DNA of 64,000 bases from an uncultured Pseudodesulfovibrio sp. (GCA_963675635.1 OY776488.1:411740-475739); one strand, 5' to 3'. Positions 1 to 9,887 are shown, numbered from the stretch's first letter. A program made the numbers and translations. The notes: a model not told the origin generated them from the sequence alone.

Positions 1-2714
1 CTTCCCTGGATTTGATGCGTGAGGGGGAGTGCGACCTTCTGGACGAAGCCAGGCGACTTGGGTTTCAGGTGCCGCTTGTCCTGTTGGTCGATGCAGCCAT
101 CGAGAATCCGGTGGCAACGGTGCGCGAAAGCAGGGCATTTGGGTATCTGGCAAAGCCCGTTGATCGTTTTCGGCTGGAGATGCTCGCCAGGCAGGGGGTC
201 GCTGCAAAGGAGCTTCTTGTGCGTGATGCAGGGCGTGTGGATGAGATTGCACGTGTGCACACTCTCGTCCGTGCCGTGCTCGAAACGGATGATGGAGCTT
301 TCTTTATTTTGGATGAAGAAGGTTTGATAGTGGATTGCGGCGGTCTGATTGAGATATTGATCAACCCAATTGAGAAGCCTGTCGCTGGCTGTGACTATTT
401 GTCAATTTTGCCGGAGCTTATCGCTATACGGCAGGCAGGCACGTTATCCGAAGTCCGGGCCACGATGAAGGCCGTATGCATTGAGGAGAAACGTGGCGGG
501 GTTGTTGTTGAGTCCTGCATCAAACCGGTTGTCGAGGGTGGCGCTTTGACAGGATTCGTCGTTGCGGTTCGTGATGTAACCGCCAAACGGTGGAGTGAGA
601 CAGGGCTGGCTGCAGCCGAAAAGCAGTACCGGAGTGTCTTTGAAGGTGCAACCGACGCTATTCTCCTTATTGACAAGGAGAGCGGCAAGGTCCTCGACTG
701 CAATGGTGCGTCTGTTCGCATGTTGGGGTTTGAGGCTGATGCAATGTGTGGGCGGAATATCCGTACCATGGTTGATCACCCCGAGCAGACCATGAAGGCC
801 ATGAAAACCGGGGTGAAGCGTATTTCGTATGAATATTTGCGGCGCAAGGACGGCTCGTCTTTTCCTGTGGAACTCTCCCTGAGTTACTACACAAACGGTG
901 GGCGTGAGGTGTGTGTCATGTCGGGTCAGGACATCTCTCGTCACAAGATGGTGGAGGAGGCCTTGCGTGAGGGGGCCAGGCTTTACCGGGCGGTGGTCGA
1001 AGATCAGACTGAGTTGATTTGCCGGTTCAAGGCGGACGGGACATTGAGTTTTATCAATGGGGCATATGCACGATTTTTCGGAGAAGATGAGGATGAAGCC
1101 ATTGGTTCCAACGTTTTTGCTCATCACGCACCTTCTGATCGTCAGGCCGTTATGCATTGGTTGGAGACAGCCAATCCTGACCAGCCCGTTTTAGATAAGG
1201 AAATACCTTTGACCCGGCATGACGGTGAAGTCCGTTGGATTCATTGGACCAATCGTGCCGTTTTTAACGACAGAGAAGCCGTTATCAAAGTGCAAGCCGT
1301 CGGTCGTGATGTCACTGAGCGCAAACAGGCTGAGAAAGCCCTGAGTCGGGCTACTCAAGAGAAGGAACAGTATCGTCTGAACCTTGTGGCAACTTTCAAA
1401 TCCATTCCGGATGCGATTCTGACAGTGGATAGCAACTTGACCATTATGGCATCTAACGGAGCGGCTGCATCTCTGTTCAATTTTGACAAGGGCCGTATGC
1501 GCGGTCTCAACCTTGAAGATTTGGTCGAGGGTGACGGCAACCCTTGTGTCGGTGTACTCAAACAGGTGTTGAAGACAGACAAGCCTGTGCGTGGGTATGA
1601 GATTGAATTGGAGCTCAAGGACCTCGGCGAACGCATGTTGGAAATCAATTGTTCGCCCCTGGTCGATCAGGGAAGGCAGCATAACGGTGCCGTTCTTGTT
1701 GTCCGTGACGTGTCCCATGTCGCTGATTTGGAAAAACAGCTGCAACAGCGACAGGGGTTCAGGGGGATTATCGGCCGGAGCTCGTCCATGCAGGACATTT
1801 ACCAGCTCCTGGAACAATTATCATCTCTGGATTCCATCGTTCTCATTCTTGGAGAATCCGGTACCGGCAAGGAATTGGCTGCCGAAGCCCTGCATTATGG
1901 CGGTGCGAGGGCTGGTAAACCGCTGGTCAAAGTGAATTGTTCGGCCCTGTCAGAAAGTCTGCTTGAAAGTGAACTGTTCGGTCATGTGCGTGGGGCATTC
2001 ACTGGTGCAGTCAGGGACAAGGTCGGGCGTATACAGGCCGCTCAGGGGGGCACGCTGTTCTTGGATGAAATCGGTGACATCTCTCCTTTGCTCCAACTTA
2101 AATTGCTTCGGTTCCTTGAACAAAAGGAATATGAACGGGTCGGCGAATCCAAAACATATTCAGCGGATGTGCGTATTCTTGCAGCCACCAATGTCGATCT
2201 GTTGGAATCTGTTAAACAGGGCGTGTTCCGGGAAGATTTGTATTATCGACTGAATGTCATGCCTGTAACCTTGCCACCTCTCAGAGAACGTCAGGCGGAC
2301 ATCCCTTTGCTGGTCGAGCATTTTCTTGATGTGTTTTCGGACCATTTCGGTAAGTCCTTCGAGGGCGTGTCCCAAGAGGTTATGGACCTTTTCATGGGAT
2401 ACAGTTGGCCTGGTAACATTCGTGAATTGAGACATGCACTTGAACACGCCTGCATACTTGCCCCGGGCAAGATTGTCGGCCTGAAGCATATCCGTAAGGA
2501 TCTGATTGAAAATACGATGAATCATTCACCCAGTCTGCCTGAAACTCTCCCACGGTATTTCCCCGTGACAGTTGCTCCTTGTAAGCCCGGCAAGGAGGAT
2601 GTCCTGGCTGCTATTCAGCAGAACAGCGGGAACAAGGTCCGTGCTGCCCGGCAACTGGGCATTCACCGGGCTACCCTGTATCGCAAACTCAAGATGTGGG
2701 GCATTGACATCTGA
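1..2714 (+). CDS. sigma-54-dependent transcriptional activator (partial receiver tail, multiple PAS domains, AAA+ domain, Fis-type HTH); 5' end lies outside the window
   Basis: The reading frame is open to nt 1. Motifs seen: Walker A GESGTGKE, GAFTGA sigma-54 contact loop, ESELFGH, and a C-terminal HTH (AARQLGIHRATLYRKL). Several PAS-like blocks precede the AAA+ domain. Confidence 0.9.
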   Translation, partial: SLDLMREGECDLLDEARRLGFQVPLVLLVDAAIENPVATVRESRAFGYLAKPVDRFRLEMLARQGVAAKELLVRDAGRVDEIARVHTLVRAVLETDDGAFFILDEEGLIVDCGGLIEILINPIEKPVAGCDYLSILPELIAIRQAGTLSEVRATMKAVCIEEKRGGVVVESCIKPVVEGGALTGFVVAVRDVTAKRWSETGLAAAEKQYRSVFEGATDAILLIDKESGKVLDCNGASVRMLGFEADAMCGRNIRTMVDHPEQTMKAMKTGVKRISYEYLRRKDGSSFPVELSLSYYTNGGREVCVMSGQDISRHKMVEEALREGARLYRAVVEDQTELICRFKADGTLSFINGAYARFFGEDEDEAIGSNVFAHHAPSDRQAVMHWLETANPDQPVLDKEIPLTRHDGEVRWIHWTNRAVFNDREAVIKVQAVGRDVTERKQAEKALSRATQEKEQYRLNLVATFKSIPDAILTVDSNLTIMASNGAAASLFNFDKGRMRGLNLEDLVEGDGNPCVGVLKQVLKTDKPVRGYEIELELKDLGERMLEINCSPLVDQGRQHNGAVLVVRDVSHVADLEKQLQQRQGFRGIIGRSSSMQDIYQLLEQLSSLDSIVLILGESGTGKELAAEALHYGGARAGKPLVKVNCSALSESLLESELFGHVRGAFTGAVRDKVGRIQAAQGGTLFLDEIGDISPLLQLKLLRFLEQKEYERVGESKTYSADVRILAATNVDLLESVKQGVFREDLYYRLNVMPVTLPPLRERQADIPLLVEHFLDVFSDHFGKSFEGVSQEVMDLFMGYSWPGNIRELRHALEHACILAPGKIVGLKHIRKDLIENTMNHSPSLPETLPRYFPVTVAPCKPGKEDVLAAIQQNSGNKVRAARQLGIHRATLYRKLKMWGIDI

Positions 2715-2869
2715 CGCAGTATGCCGGTCTTTCCTTTCGATTTATAATCATTATAACGTGATGATATAATGCACTCTCTGTGTTTGATTGGTATGGTATT
2801 GTTGACATGCCAAGGATACAGAATTTTATCGGTGAGTTTCGAAGAGTAACTCGTCATAGGGGTTTTCTT

Positions 2870-3193
2870 ATGGTCAAGACCATAGAACCACAGGCCTTTG
2901 ACCTGGAGTTGCAAAGAAGTGACGAACCCTTGCTCGTTGCTTTTCTTAAGCGCAATGAACGGTATGCCGATCAGGCCGAAATCTTGGAAAAGACCTCACA
3001 GTCTCATAAAGACCGAGTGCGGTGTTTTTTATATGATTCGGATTACCTTGATACGGCTCAGGAACGTTTTGCGGTTAAGGGGACGCCGACATTCCTTCTT
3101 TTCGATAAAGGAAAGGAAATCGACAGGCTTATCGGAGAGTCCGATGGGGAGACTCTGGATGATTTCATTCAGGGGGTTTTCGGCGAAAGATAG
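2870..3193 (+). CDS. thioredoxin-fold protein lacking the CxxC active site
   Basis: The C-terminal VKGTPTFLLFDKGKEIDRLIG block is typical of thioredoxins. LLVAFLKRNERY sits where WCGPC would be. The start was moved to the internal ATG at 2870. Confidence 0.6.
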   Translation: MVKTIEPQAFDLELQRSDEPLLVAFLKRNERYADQAEILEKTSQSHKDRVRCFLYDSDYLDTAQERFAVKGTPTFLLFDKGKEIDRLIGESDGETLDDFIQGVFGER

Positions 3194-3220
3194 TTGCTTC
3201 TTCGCAGAGGTTGATATGAA

Positions 3221-3250
3221 GGGGGTGCCATAATGCGGCAGCCCTTTTTT
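3221..3250 (+). terminator. rho-independent terminator candidate
   Basis: An imperfect GC hairpin (GGGGGTGCC...GGCAGCCC) is followed by TTTTTT. Confidence 0.5.
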
Positions 3251-3448
3251 ATGGAAAAGTGTTTTTCCACCAGTGTGAGTCAGAAAAAAACAGGTGAAGG
3301 AGACATCGGGGTATACTTCGTGCTATACACTGTTTTGAGTGCAACCTCGGATGTGATTCCCATTGAAATAACTGAGAATCAACGATATCAAGCAAATGTT
3401 CAGTAGCGACAGAGAATAGTTATAAAAATTGTGCAGCCGGGAGAACAT

Positions 3449-4804
3449 ATGAAACCTATCGCAAGGGAAATTTTCAGGACATACGACATCCGCGGTGTCG
3501 TAGATCAGGATTTTGACGAAGAATGGGTGGAGCAGCTTGGTAAAGCCTGCGGAACGTATTTTTTACAGAATGGGTCGCAGACTGCCGTGGTCGGTCATGA
3601 CTGTCGTTACTCTTCTCCAGCCTACAGCAAGGCTTTGACAGCCGGACTGGTTTCTGTCGGGGTCAATGTCATCACTCTTGGTCAGGTTTCCTCTCCGGCT
3701 TTTTATTATGCTGTGACCACGCTCGGACAAACCGCTGGTGTAATGATTACTGCCAGCCATAATCCGTCTGAGTACAATGGGTTCAAAGTGTGGCAGGGCA
3801 AATCCACAATTCACTCCGATGAAATTCAGGATGTGTATGAGGTTCTGAAAAAGGGTGAGTTCCCGGAAGGGACAGGCTCAGTGTCCGCAGAAAATATTAT
3901 CCCCGGATATATCAAGGAACTGGCGGCTGATGTGAAGATCGAGCGCCCCCTCAAGGTTGTCGTTGACGGTGGCAACGGTACTGGCGGCACCATTACCGCA
4001 GATGCCCTTGAGTTGGCTGGCGTGGAAGTTGTCCGGTTGTTCTGTGACCCGGACGGTGCATTCCCGAACCATCACCCTGATCCTGTGGTGGAAAAAAACA
4101 TGGTCTCTCTGCAACAGGCTGTATTGGCCGAAAAAGCCGATCTCGGTGTTGGTCTGGATGGGGATGGAGATCGTATCGGCGTGGTTACGGAAAAGGGTGA
4201 TCTTCTTTTCGGAGACCAGTTGGTAGCCATATACGCCCGTGATATTTTAAAAGAGTTTCCTGGTGCCTCAATTATCGGGGAAGTTAAATGTTCTCATCTC
4301 ATGTATGAAGATATCAAGGCCCACGGCGGCAATGCGGTCATGTGGAAGACGGGGCATTCGCTGATCAAGGCCCGTATGCGTGAAATTGACGCAAAGTTCG
4401 CTGGGGAGATGTCCGGTCACATGTTTTTTGCTGATCGTTATTACGGATTCGACGATGCAACATACGCCTCACTTCGTATCGCGGAAATTGTGTCCAAGTC
4501 TGACAAGACCATGAGCGATCATCTGGCCAACTGGCCGAAGACATTCTCCACTCCGGAAATTCGTGTGGACTGTCCCGAAGCCATGAAGTCCACCGTGGTC
4601 GGCAAAGCGGTCGAGTATTTCAGCTCCAGGTTTGACGCTATCGATATCGACGGGGTTCGTGCCATATTTCCCGATGGCTGGGGCTTGCTCCGCGCTTCAA
4701 ACACTCAGCCTGTCCTTGTTCTTCGTTTCGAGGCTGAAACCGAAGAACGGTTGGCCGAAATCAGGGGGATGTTCGAGAAGAAACTTGAAGAGTGGATAGC
4801 ATAA
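3449..4804 (+). CDS. phosphomannomutase/phosphoglucomutase (alpha-D-phosphohexomutase family)
   Basis: Active-site loop TASHNPSEYNGFK, metal loop DGDGDR, full length about 450 aa. GGGAGA lies upstream of the ATG at 3449. Confidence 0.92.
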   Translation: MKPIAREIFRTYDIRGVVDQDFDEEWVEQLGKACGTYFLQNGSQTAVVGHDCRYSSPAYSKALTAGLVSVGVNVITLGQVSSPAFYYAVTTLGQTAGVMITASHNPSEYNGFKVWQGKSTIHSDEIQDVYEVLKKGEFPEGTGSVSAENIIPGYIKELAADVKIERPLKVVVDGGNGTGGTITADALELAGVEVVRLFCDPDGAFPNHHPDPVVEKNMVSLQQAVLAEKADLGVGLDGDGDRIGVVTEKGDLLFGDQLVAIYARDILKEFPGASIIGEVKCSHLMYEDIKAHGGNAVMWKTGHSLIKARMREIDAKFAGEMSGHMFFADRYYGFDDATYASLRIAEIVSKSDKTMSDHLANWPKTFSTPEIRVDCPEAMKSTVVGKAVEYFSSRFDAIDIDGVRAIFPDGWGLLRASNTQPVLVLRFEAETEERLAEIRGMFEKKLEEWIA

Positions 4805-4828
4805 CGTTCCGTACCTAATCTGTTTATG

Positions 4829-4861
4829 AAGGGCTTTGGTTGATGCCAAAGCCCTTTTTTT
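4829..4861 (+). terminator. rho-independent terminator
   Basis: GGGCTTTGG-ttgatg-CCAAAGCCC hairpin followed by T8. Confidence 0.85.
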
Positions 4862-4982
4862 GTGGAAAATGCTGTTTGAACCATAAAATAATTGCGTTCA
4901 GGAGTGTTATTAATAATGAATTAAATAGACTTCATTCTCAATGGGGAGTAGCTTGAATATTATTTTTTTGTGGAGATAAAGT

Positions 4983-5714
4983 TTGTTTAAAGTACTGGTT
5001 ATATTGGTAGTTATCGCCATTAGTTCGGCGTTTGCATACGCAGAAGAACTTCATATGCAAGTAGTGATTTATCCACCACTTGCATATGAAGTGGCGGGTG
5101 AATTGCGTGGTGTTGCGCCGGAAGTTGTTCAGGCGATTCAGACTTTGGTCGGCGACACCAATCCCCTCATAATAACACCCTGGCTGAGGGCCTACAATCA
5201 AACACAGAAATTTGAGAAACAGGGGTTGTTTGCGATTGTCCGTATCCCTGAACGGGAAAAACTGTTCAAATGGGTTGGGCCGGTCTTCGGAGAGGGAGAT
5301 TATTTTTTTAAGCGGACCGGGGCTGACCTGAAAATCGAAGACCTTGATGATGCGCGCAACGTCAGCCGTATTGCTGTTCGAAAGGATGGGTATACTCATC
5401 AACTGCTGGCGTCGAAGAATTTTACCAATCTGGATGTAGGGCCGACGTACGATTCAAGTTACAAAAAGCTCGCCCAGGGGCGTGTCGATCTTGTCCTCAT
5501 GGGTGAGAGGACCTATTTTTACATGGTTAAAAATGCGGGATTGAATCCTGCCGTCTTTGAGCGTGTCGGTCCAAAGGTCTCCAGCTCAACGGCTTGGCTT
5601 GCTTTCTCCCTTGATGTTTCGGATGCGACCATCGTGCAATGGCAGAATGCGCTGGATCAGTTAAAGGCTGACGGAACGTATGACGCCATCATGGAGAGAA
5701 ATTTCAGGCAGTAA
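4983..5714 (+). CDS. periplasmic substrate-binding protein (SBP family 3-like), orphan
   Basis: N-terminal signal peptide (MFKVLVILVVIAISSAFAYA), about 240 aa, with an SBP_bac_3-like layout. No permease or ATPase gene is adjacent. TTG start with GGAGA upstream. Confidence 0.7.
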   Translation: MFKVLVILVVIAISSAFAYAEELHMQVVIYPPLAYEVAGELRGVAPEVVQAIQTLVGDTNPLIITPWLRAYNQTQKFEKQGLFAIVRIPEREKLFKWVGPVFGEGDYFFKRTGADLKIEDLDDARNVSRIAVRKDGYTHQLLASKNFTNLDVGPTYDSSYKKLAQGRVDLVLMGERTYFYMVKNAGLNPAVFERVGPKVSSSTAWLAFSLDVSDATIVQWQNALDQLKADGTYDAIMERNFRQ

Positions 5715-5864
5715 ACCTTTCGCGCATGCAAGTTGTTTCATGTGGCAAGGCCGGATGTATTCAATACGTTCGGTCTTGTTGTTTTGTGTGCCGTAATCTT
5801 TGTCGAGGGCTTGACGTCATATGCTCACTATGTCACTGGTGGTGACATAGATAAGGAGAACGTT

Positions 5865-6497
5865 GTGTCCCAACAAAAGAAAGACAGGGAACAGACCCGT
5901 CAGCGGATTGTTGATGCCGTAGGCCGCGTGCTTGCCGAAGGCGGATTCAAGAAACTCGGCGTGAACCGGATTGCACGGGAGGCCGGTGTCGATAAAGTGC
6001 TTATCTATCGGTATTTCGGTGGACTGCCGGAGCTGGTAACCGAATATGGACGTAGTTTTGAGTATTGGCCGCAGCCCGAAGAAATGGTTCCGATGTCGGA
6101 AGAGTTTGAAAAAGGCAATGCTCACGAATCATTACGGATTTTTTTTAGGAATTATGTGCGTGCAATTCGAAAAAGGCCAATGACGCTGGAAATCATGGCC
6201 TGGGAAATGACCGTACATGATGACATGGCAGCCCGTCTTGAAGATGTTCGAATGCGGACTGTGCTTGAATGTTTTGAACGCATGGAGTTGGCCGGTGCTG
6301 ATACGTGCGATTTGACCACGGGGATTCTGGTGCTTTTTGCAGCGGTTAATTCTCTTCTGGTCAAGTCTCGGAACACAGGCGCCGTAGGCGGACTTGATCT
6401 GCATGAGGACGGGGCATGGGACAGGATCGATGCAATGATCGGTGTAATGGCGCAAGGTCTATTTCGCTGTATGCCGGATAATCAGGAGGTGGCATGA
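5865..6497 (+). CDS. TetR/AcrR family transcriptional regulator
   Basis: N-terminal HTH TRQRIVDAVGRVLAEGGFKKLGVNRIAREAGVDKVLIYRYF. GTG at 5865 is preceded by AAGGAG; the longer ORF starting at 5733 remains possible. Confidence 0.85.
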   Translation: MSQQKKDREQTRQRIVDAVGRVLAEGGFKKLGVNRIAREAGVDKVLIYRYFGGLPELVTEYGRSFEYWPQPEEMVPMSEEFEKGNAHESLRIFFRNYVRAIRKRPMTLEIMAWEMTVHDDMAARLEDVRMRTVLECFERMELAGADTCDLTTGILVLFAAVNSLLVKSRNTGAVGGLDLHEDGAWDRIDAMIGVMAQGLFRCMPDNQEVA

Positions 6498-6940
6498 ATA
6501 CCAGGGAACACGCGGTGACCGCTTTGATGGGCGGGGCATCATGCGCACAGGCAGTGTTTGAGGCATATTGTGAAAGATACGGAATATCGCAACAGGATGC
6601 TCGAAAGATGACCGCCGGATTTGGTGGTGGTTTTGCTTCGGGGTTGACCTGCGGGGCTGTCTCTGCCGGATGTCTCATTCTAGGTCTGGAGTTCGCTTCT
6701 GTAGATCTGAGTGATGCGTATGCGCGTGACCGCACATATTCTTCCACCCAGGAACTCCTTGCTCGGTTTGCCGAACGCAATGGTTCACACCAATGCGCTG
6801 AAATCCTCGCTCGCAACGCCATGGAAATACAAAGTCCAGAAGGGAAACAACGCCTGCGTGAAAGCAGACTCTGTGTGAAGATGGTTGAGGATGCGGTAGG
6901 TTGTATTGAGGGGATTCTGGCCGAAAATAGTGCGGAGTAA
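6494..6940 (+). CDS. C_GCAxxG_C_C family putative redox protein
   Basis: Pattern SCAQAV ... GFGGG ... TCGAVSAG ... C ... C in about 148 aa. An ATGA overlap with the TetR gene suggests translational coupling. Confidence 0.75.
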   Translation: MNTREHAVTALMGGASCAQAVFEAYCERYGISQQDARKMTAGFGGGFASGLTCGAVSAGCLILGLEFASVDLSDAYARDRTYSSTQELLARFAERNGSHQCAEILARNAMEIQSPEGKQRLRESRLCVKMVEDAVGCIEGILAENSAE

Positions 6941-7028
6941 TCAGCTCATTGTATACTCTGGATTCTTTTTTACGTGCATGACCGTTCGATAACGTCACGA
7001 GTCATCACCCGACGCGATTGTTTGCCTA

Positions 7029-7448
7029 TTATTGCGTCTTAAAATATGGGCGAAAGCTGAGATTCAGACCAAGGAAGTTTTGTGGATTCTGCCAGTTGTT
7101 TGAGGTAATGACGATTCCATCCTTGTTTATCGCATAGACTGCGGCAGAGCCTGAATTGATGCTTGCCGCTTCCAGAAACGAATTGACTTTAACGGCATTG
7201 TCTTTACCGGCCAGGAGATTACGGACAATTTCAGTCTCCGAGATCAGGAAGGGAAGGTATTCGTGTTTTTTGAGTGCTGATTTAAGCGTGCTTTCGTACA
7301 GTGTCAGTCGTTCATTTGAGACTCGGTCGATGTCTTTGATGTAGTCATATTGGACGGTCAAAGCCACAAGTGCTGGGATGCCTATCATGAGCACAAAGGT
7401 CAGAAGGGCAGGAATTGCTTTGCCTTTATACGTTTTGAACAACTGCAT
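7029..7448 (-). CDS. N-terminal fragment of a Cache/DctB-type membrane sensor (TM plus partial periplasmic domain); possible gene remnant
   Basis: One TM segment (IPALLTFVLMIGIPALVAL) and a sensor-domain start that ends at the FRPYF motif, followed by TAA. No HAMP, HisKA or ATPase domain follows. Confidence 0.5.
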   Translation of the reverse strand: MQLFKTYKGKAIPALLTFVLMIGIPALVALTVQYDYIKDIDRVSNERLTLYESTLKSALKKHEYLPFLISETEIVRNLLAGKDNAVKVNSFLEAASINSGSAAVYAINKDGIVITSNNWQNPQNFLGLNLSFRPYFKTQ

Positions 7449-7700
7449 GTGAGTCTCTTTATTTCCTGGGTGCTTTCAGGATCGGCATGGTTGGTGCTGC
7501 CCTCTCTCTGTGTACCTATGCTTTGAGTCCATCCTGTTTTCTTGTCACGATTGATCGGCGAAAAATCGCTTATTTTGTGGTCGTCACAGATCGTTCTGCC
7601 ATGAGTGAGTCGTTCAAGGTCTTGTTTTACTGCGTTTATTATTATTTTCGATAATGATTTACTTCTATAGCTAGCAAGAATGCTACCGACGAATCTTGGT

Positions 7701-9887
7701 TCAGTGTGAAGAGTGAAAGTTGTCGGTGGCAATAACCCGTAGGTCGGGAGTGAACCACATGGCCGACGCTGTTGGGTATTCACGACTCATGATCTCCTTA
7801 CCTCTGCGGGGGCCAAGAATAAAAAGAGCGGTTGCCAGTGCGTCTGCTTTTTCGGCACTGTCGGCGATAACCGTTACTCCCGCTGATTCGTTTGCGGAGC
7901 TCATGTCCGAAGGGTCAATGATGTGATGCCGTAATTCTTTTTTCCCGTGATTCTCGACTGTCACAAACTGTTGATAGTCTCCTGAACCGCATATCCCCTT
8001 TTCTCGAATGGTCAGCGTTTTATAGACGTCTTTTGAGCGAGGATGGCGTATGCCAACGGTCCAGTCCTGGTCGCCAAAACAGTAAAAATCTCCTCCGGCC
8101 TCGACTATGCCAGCCTGTATTCCCTGCTTTCGAAGCAGCGCAACGGCCGCATCAATGATGGTGCCTTTGGCTATCCCTCCAAGATCAAGAGCCATGCCCT
8201 GTTTTTTCAGATGAATGCGTTTGTTTTCATCATCAGTGAGAACGAGCGAGTGGCCCACAAGTCCCTTTTTCAGTCGAGCCAGTGTCTCATCAAGCGCATA
8301 GTAGAGCGGGGATGTTGTCAATGCGCCGATAGTGGGATCAAAGGCTCCGCCGGTTTTTTCGCTGTACCGCAGTGCCCGGCGGATCAGGGCATATGATCTG
8401 TCAGATGGCGTCACCCAGTACTGTCCGGCTCCCCGGTTGATCCTTCCGATGGAACCATCCATGTTTCGGTGATCGTAATCCTTTTGCAGCATCCGCATTA
8501 CTACGATGGTCTTTTGGGCGGCCTTGTCGGCAGCCCCCTGACTTTTTGCCTTGATGGTCAGGTTTATTATTGTTCCCAGTCCGACGTCGGTGAATCTGTA
8601 GATGTCTTTCCCGCTGGCAGTGAGTGGGGTTCCCGGCTGGACGGACAAAAAATACATGGGGATGATTGCGATTACTCCGCAGCTGATGGCTGCACTCCAT
8701 GACAGTGCTGTTCCCCAGTACAGGTGATCGCGAAAGCCGGAAGAGAGCAGCGGTATGCATGAGAAGAACCCTATTGCCGCGATGAATTGTAGTGCCGGAG
8801 CAACAGAGTGGAATGTCTGAACGATATATCCGCCAAGGAGCGGGGCAAGGAGAAAACCGAGTCCGGCTACAACATGTGTTGTCCCGAAAGCCATACCCTG
8901 GTTGCGTGACATTTCGGATGCGGCGACCATGGAAGCGGGAATGGATATTGCGGTTCCAAGTCCCATGACTGCTCCCCAGAGTACGAAATGCCATGGTTCC
9001 ATGCTTGTCCCCAGTGCGAACAAGGCACTTGCGCTGAGAAGCATGCCGATAACGATGGTGAGAATTTGCGGTTTCCTGTTCTGTATTCGTCCCATCAATG
9101 CAAGGCCCAAACAGGTCGTGAAGCTCGGTACTGCATATAATATGGCGACACCAAGGCCACTCCATCCCAGTTTCAGGGCCAGCAGAATGGGATAAAAGGC
9201 TGTGAGCAGGCCGATTCCAAGGGTGCGACCGAATATGGAAAGCAGGAGGTAAAGAGCATCGAGTCTGCTCAGTTCCTGAGTTTTTGCTGTGGTCTCCACC
9301 TTTATTGTGCGGATATCCTTTGGCAGGAATACGACAATGATGAGTGACGCTATACCCATGCACAGGGACAGTCCGAGCAGTGGCGGTTTGATGGAGCGGT
9401 CGAGATACAGGAATCCACCAAGAAGCGGACCGCAGAACAAGGCGATGTTGAACGCCATGGAATACAGTGCGAACCATCGGGGAAGTGCCTGTTTTGGGCC
9501 GTTTCCGCCCAGTGTCGCCATTCCGATTGGTTTGATCAGCCCGGACACGAGCCCCAGAATGAACTGGATGGCGTACAGGGTCGTCAGTGTTGCGTGCAGA
9601 AAGTAGGCAAGGGGGGCCAGGCAGCCGATCAATGTCGTCAAGAGCAGCGGAAGGCGAGGCCCGACCTTGTCCCCCCAGATACCGGCAACCGGCGCAATCA
9701 GCATTTTGGCAAGGTAGTACCCCGCAAATGCGCTGCCAAGCCAGATCCCGCTGACTTTTTCATCAAGGGACAAGAGCGGAATGGTGAATGAAAACAGGCC
9801 GACGCCAAGCGTTGAAAAAAGCCCGCTGACCAATATCGCAAAAAAAATCCGGCGGGTATCGCGAGTGTGTATGTCAGCAGTGCTCAT
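7701..9887 (-). CDS. fusion protein: MFS-type permease (about 13 TM) plus a C-terminal ApbE family FAD:protein FMN transferase domain
   Basis: The N-terminal ~420 aa are hydrophobic and MFS-like. The C-terminal ~300 aa carry AFDPTIGALT, DLGGIAKG, EAGGD and SGDY, which are ApbE hallmarks. It is one uninterrupted 728-aa ORF. Confidence 0.85.
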   Translation of the reverse strand: MSTADIHTRDTRRIFFAILVSGLFSTLGVGLFSFTIPLLSLDEKVSGIWLGSAFAGYYLAKMLIAPVAGIWGDKVGPRLPLLLTTLIGCLAPLAYFLHATLTTLYAIQFILGLVSGLIKPIGMATLGGNGPKQALPRWFALYSMAFNIALFCGPLLGGFLYLDRSIKPPLLGLSLCMGIASLIIVVFLPKDIRTIKVETTAKTQELSRLDALYLLLSIFGRTLGIGLLTAFYPILLALKLGWSGLGVAILYAVPSFTTCLGLALMGRIQNRKPQILTIVIGMLLSASALFALGTSMEPWHFVLWGAVMGLGTAISIPASMVAASEMSRNQGMAFGTTHVVAGLGFLLAPLLGGYIVQTFHSVAPALQFIAAIGFFSCIPLLSSGFRDHLYWGTALSWSAAISCGVIAIIPMYFLSVQPGTPLTASGKDIYRFTDVGLGTIINLTIKAKSQGAADKAAQKTIVVMRMLQKDYDHRNMDGSIGRINRGAGQYWVTPSDRSYALIRRALRYSEKTGGAFDPTIGALTTSPLYYALDETLARLKKGLVGHSLVLTDDENKRIHLKKQGMALDLGGIAKGTIIDAAVALLRKQGIQAGIVEAGGDFYCFGDQDWTVGIRHPRSKDVYKTLTIREKGICGSGDYQQFVTVENHGKKELRHHIIDPSDMSSANESAGVTVIADSAEKADALATALFILGPRRGKEIMSREYPTASAMWFTPDLRVIATDNFHSSH

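Noticed and set aside
2789-2812. TGG-rich stretch (TGGTATGGTATTGTTGACATGC) downstream of the first activator
   Set aside because: No register gives GG-N10-GC with a TTGC-like -12 element.
8401-9477. 358-aa minus-strand ORF in an alternative frame inside the MFS::ApbE gene
   Set aside because: It is extremely Arg/His/Pro/Ser-rich, whereas the overlapping frame gives a coherent 13-TM permease continuous with ApbE.
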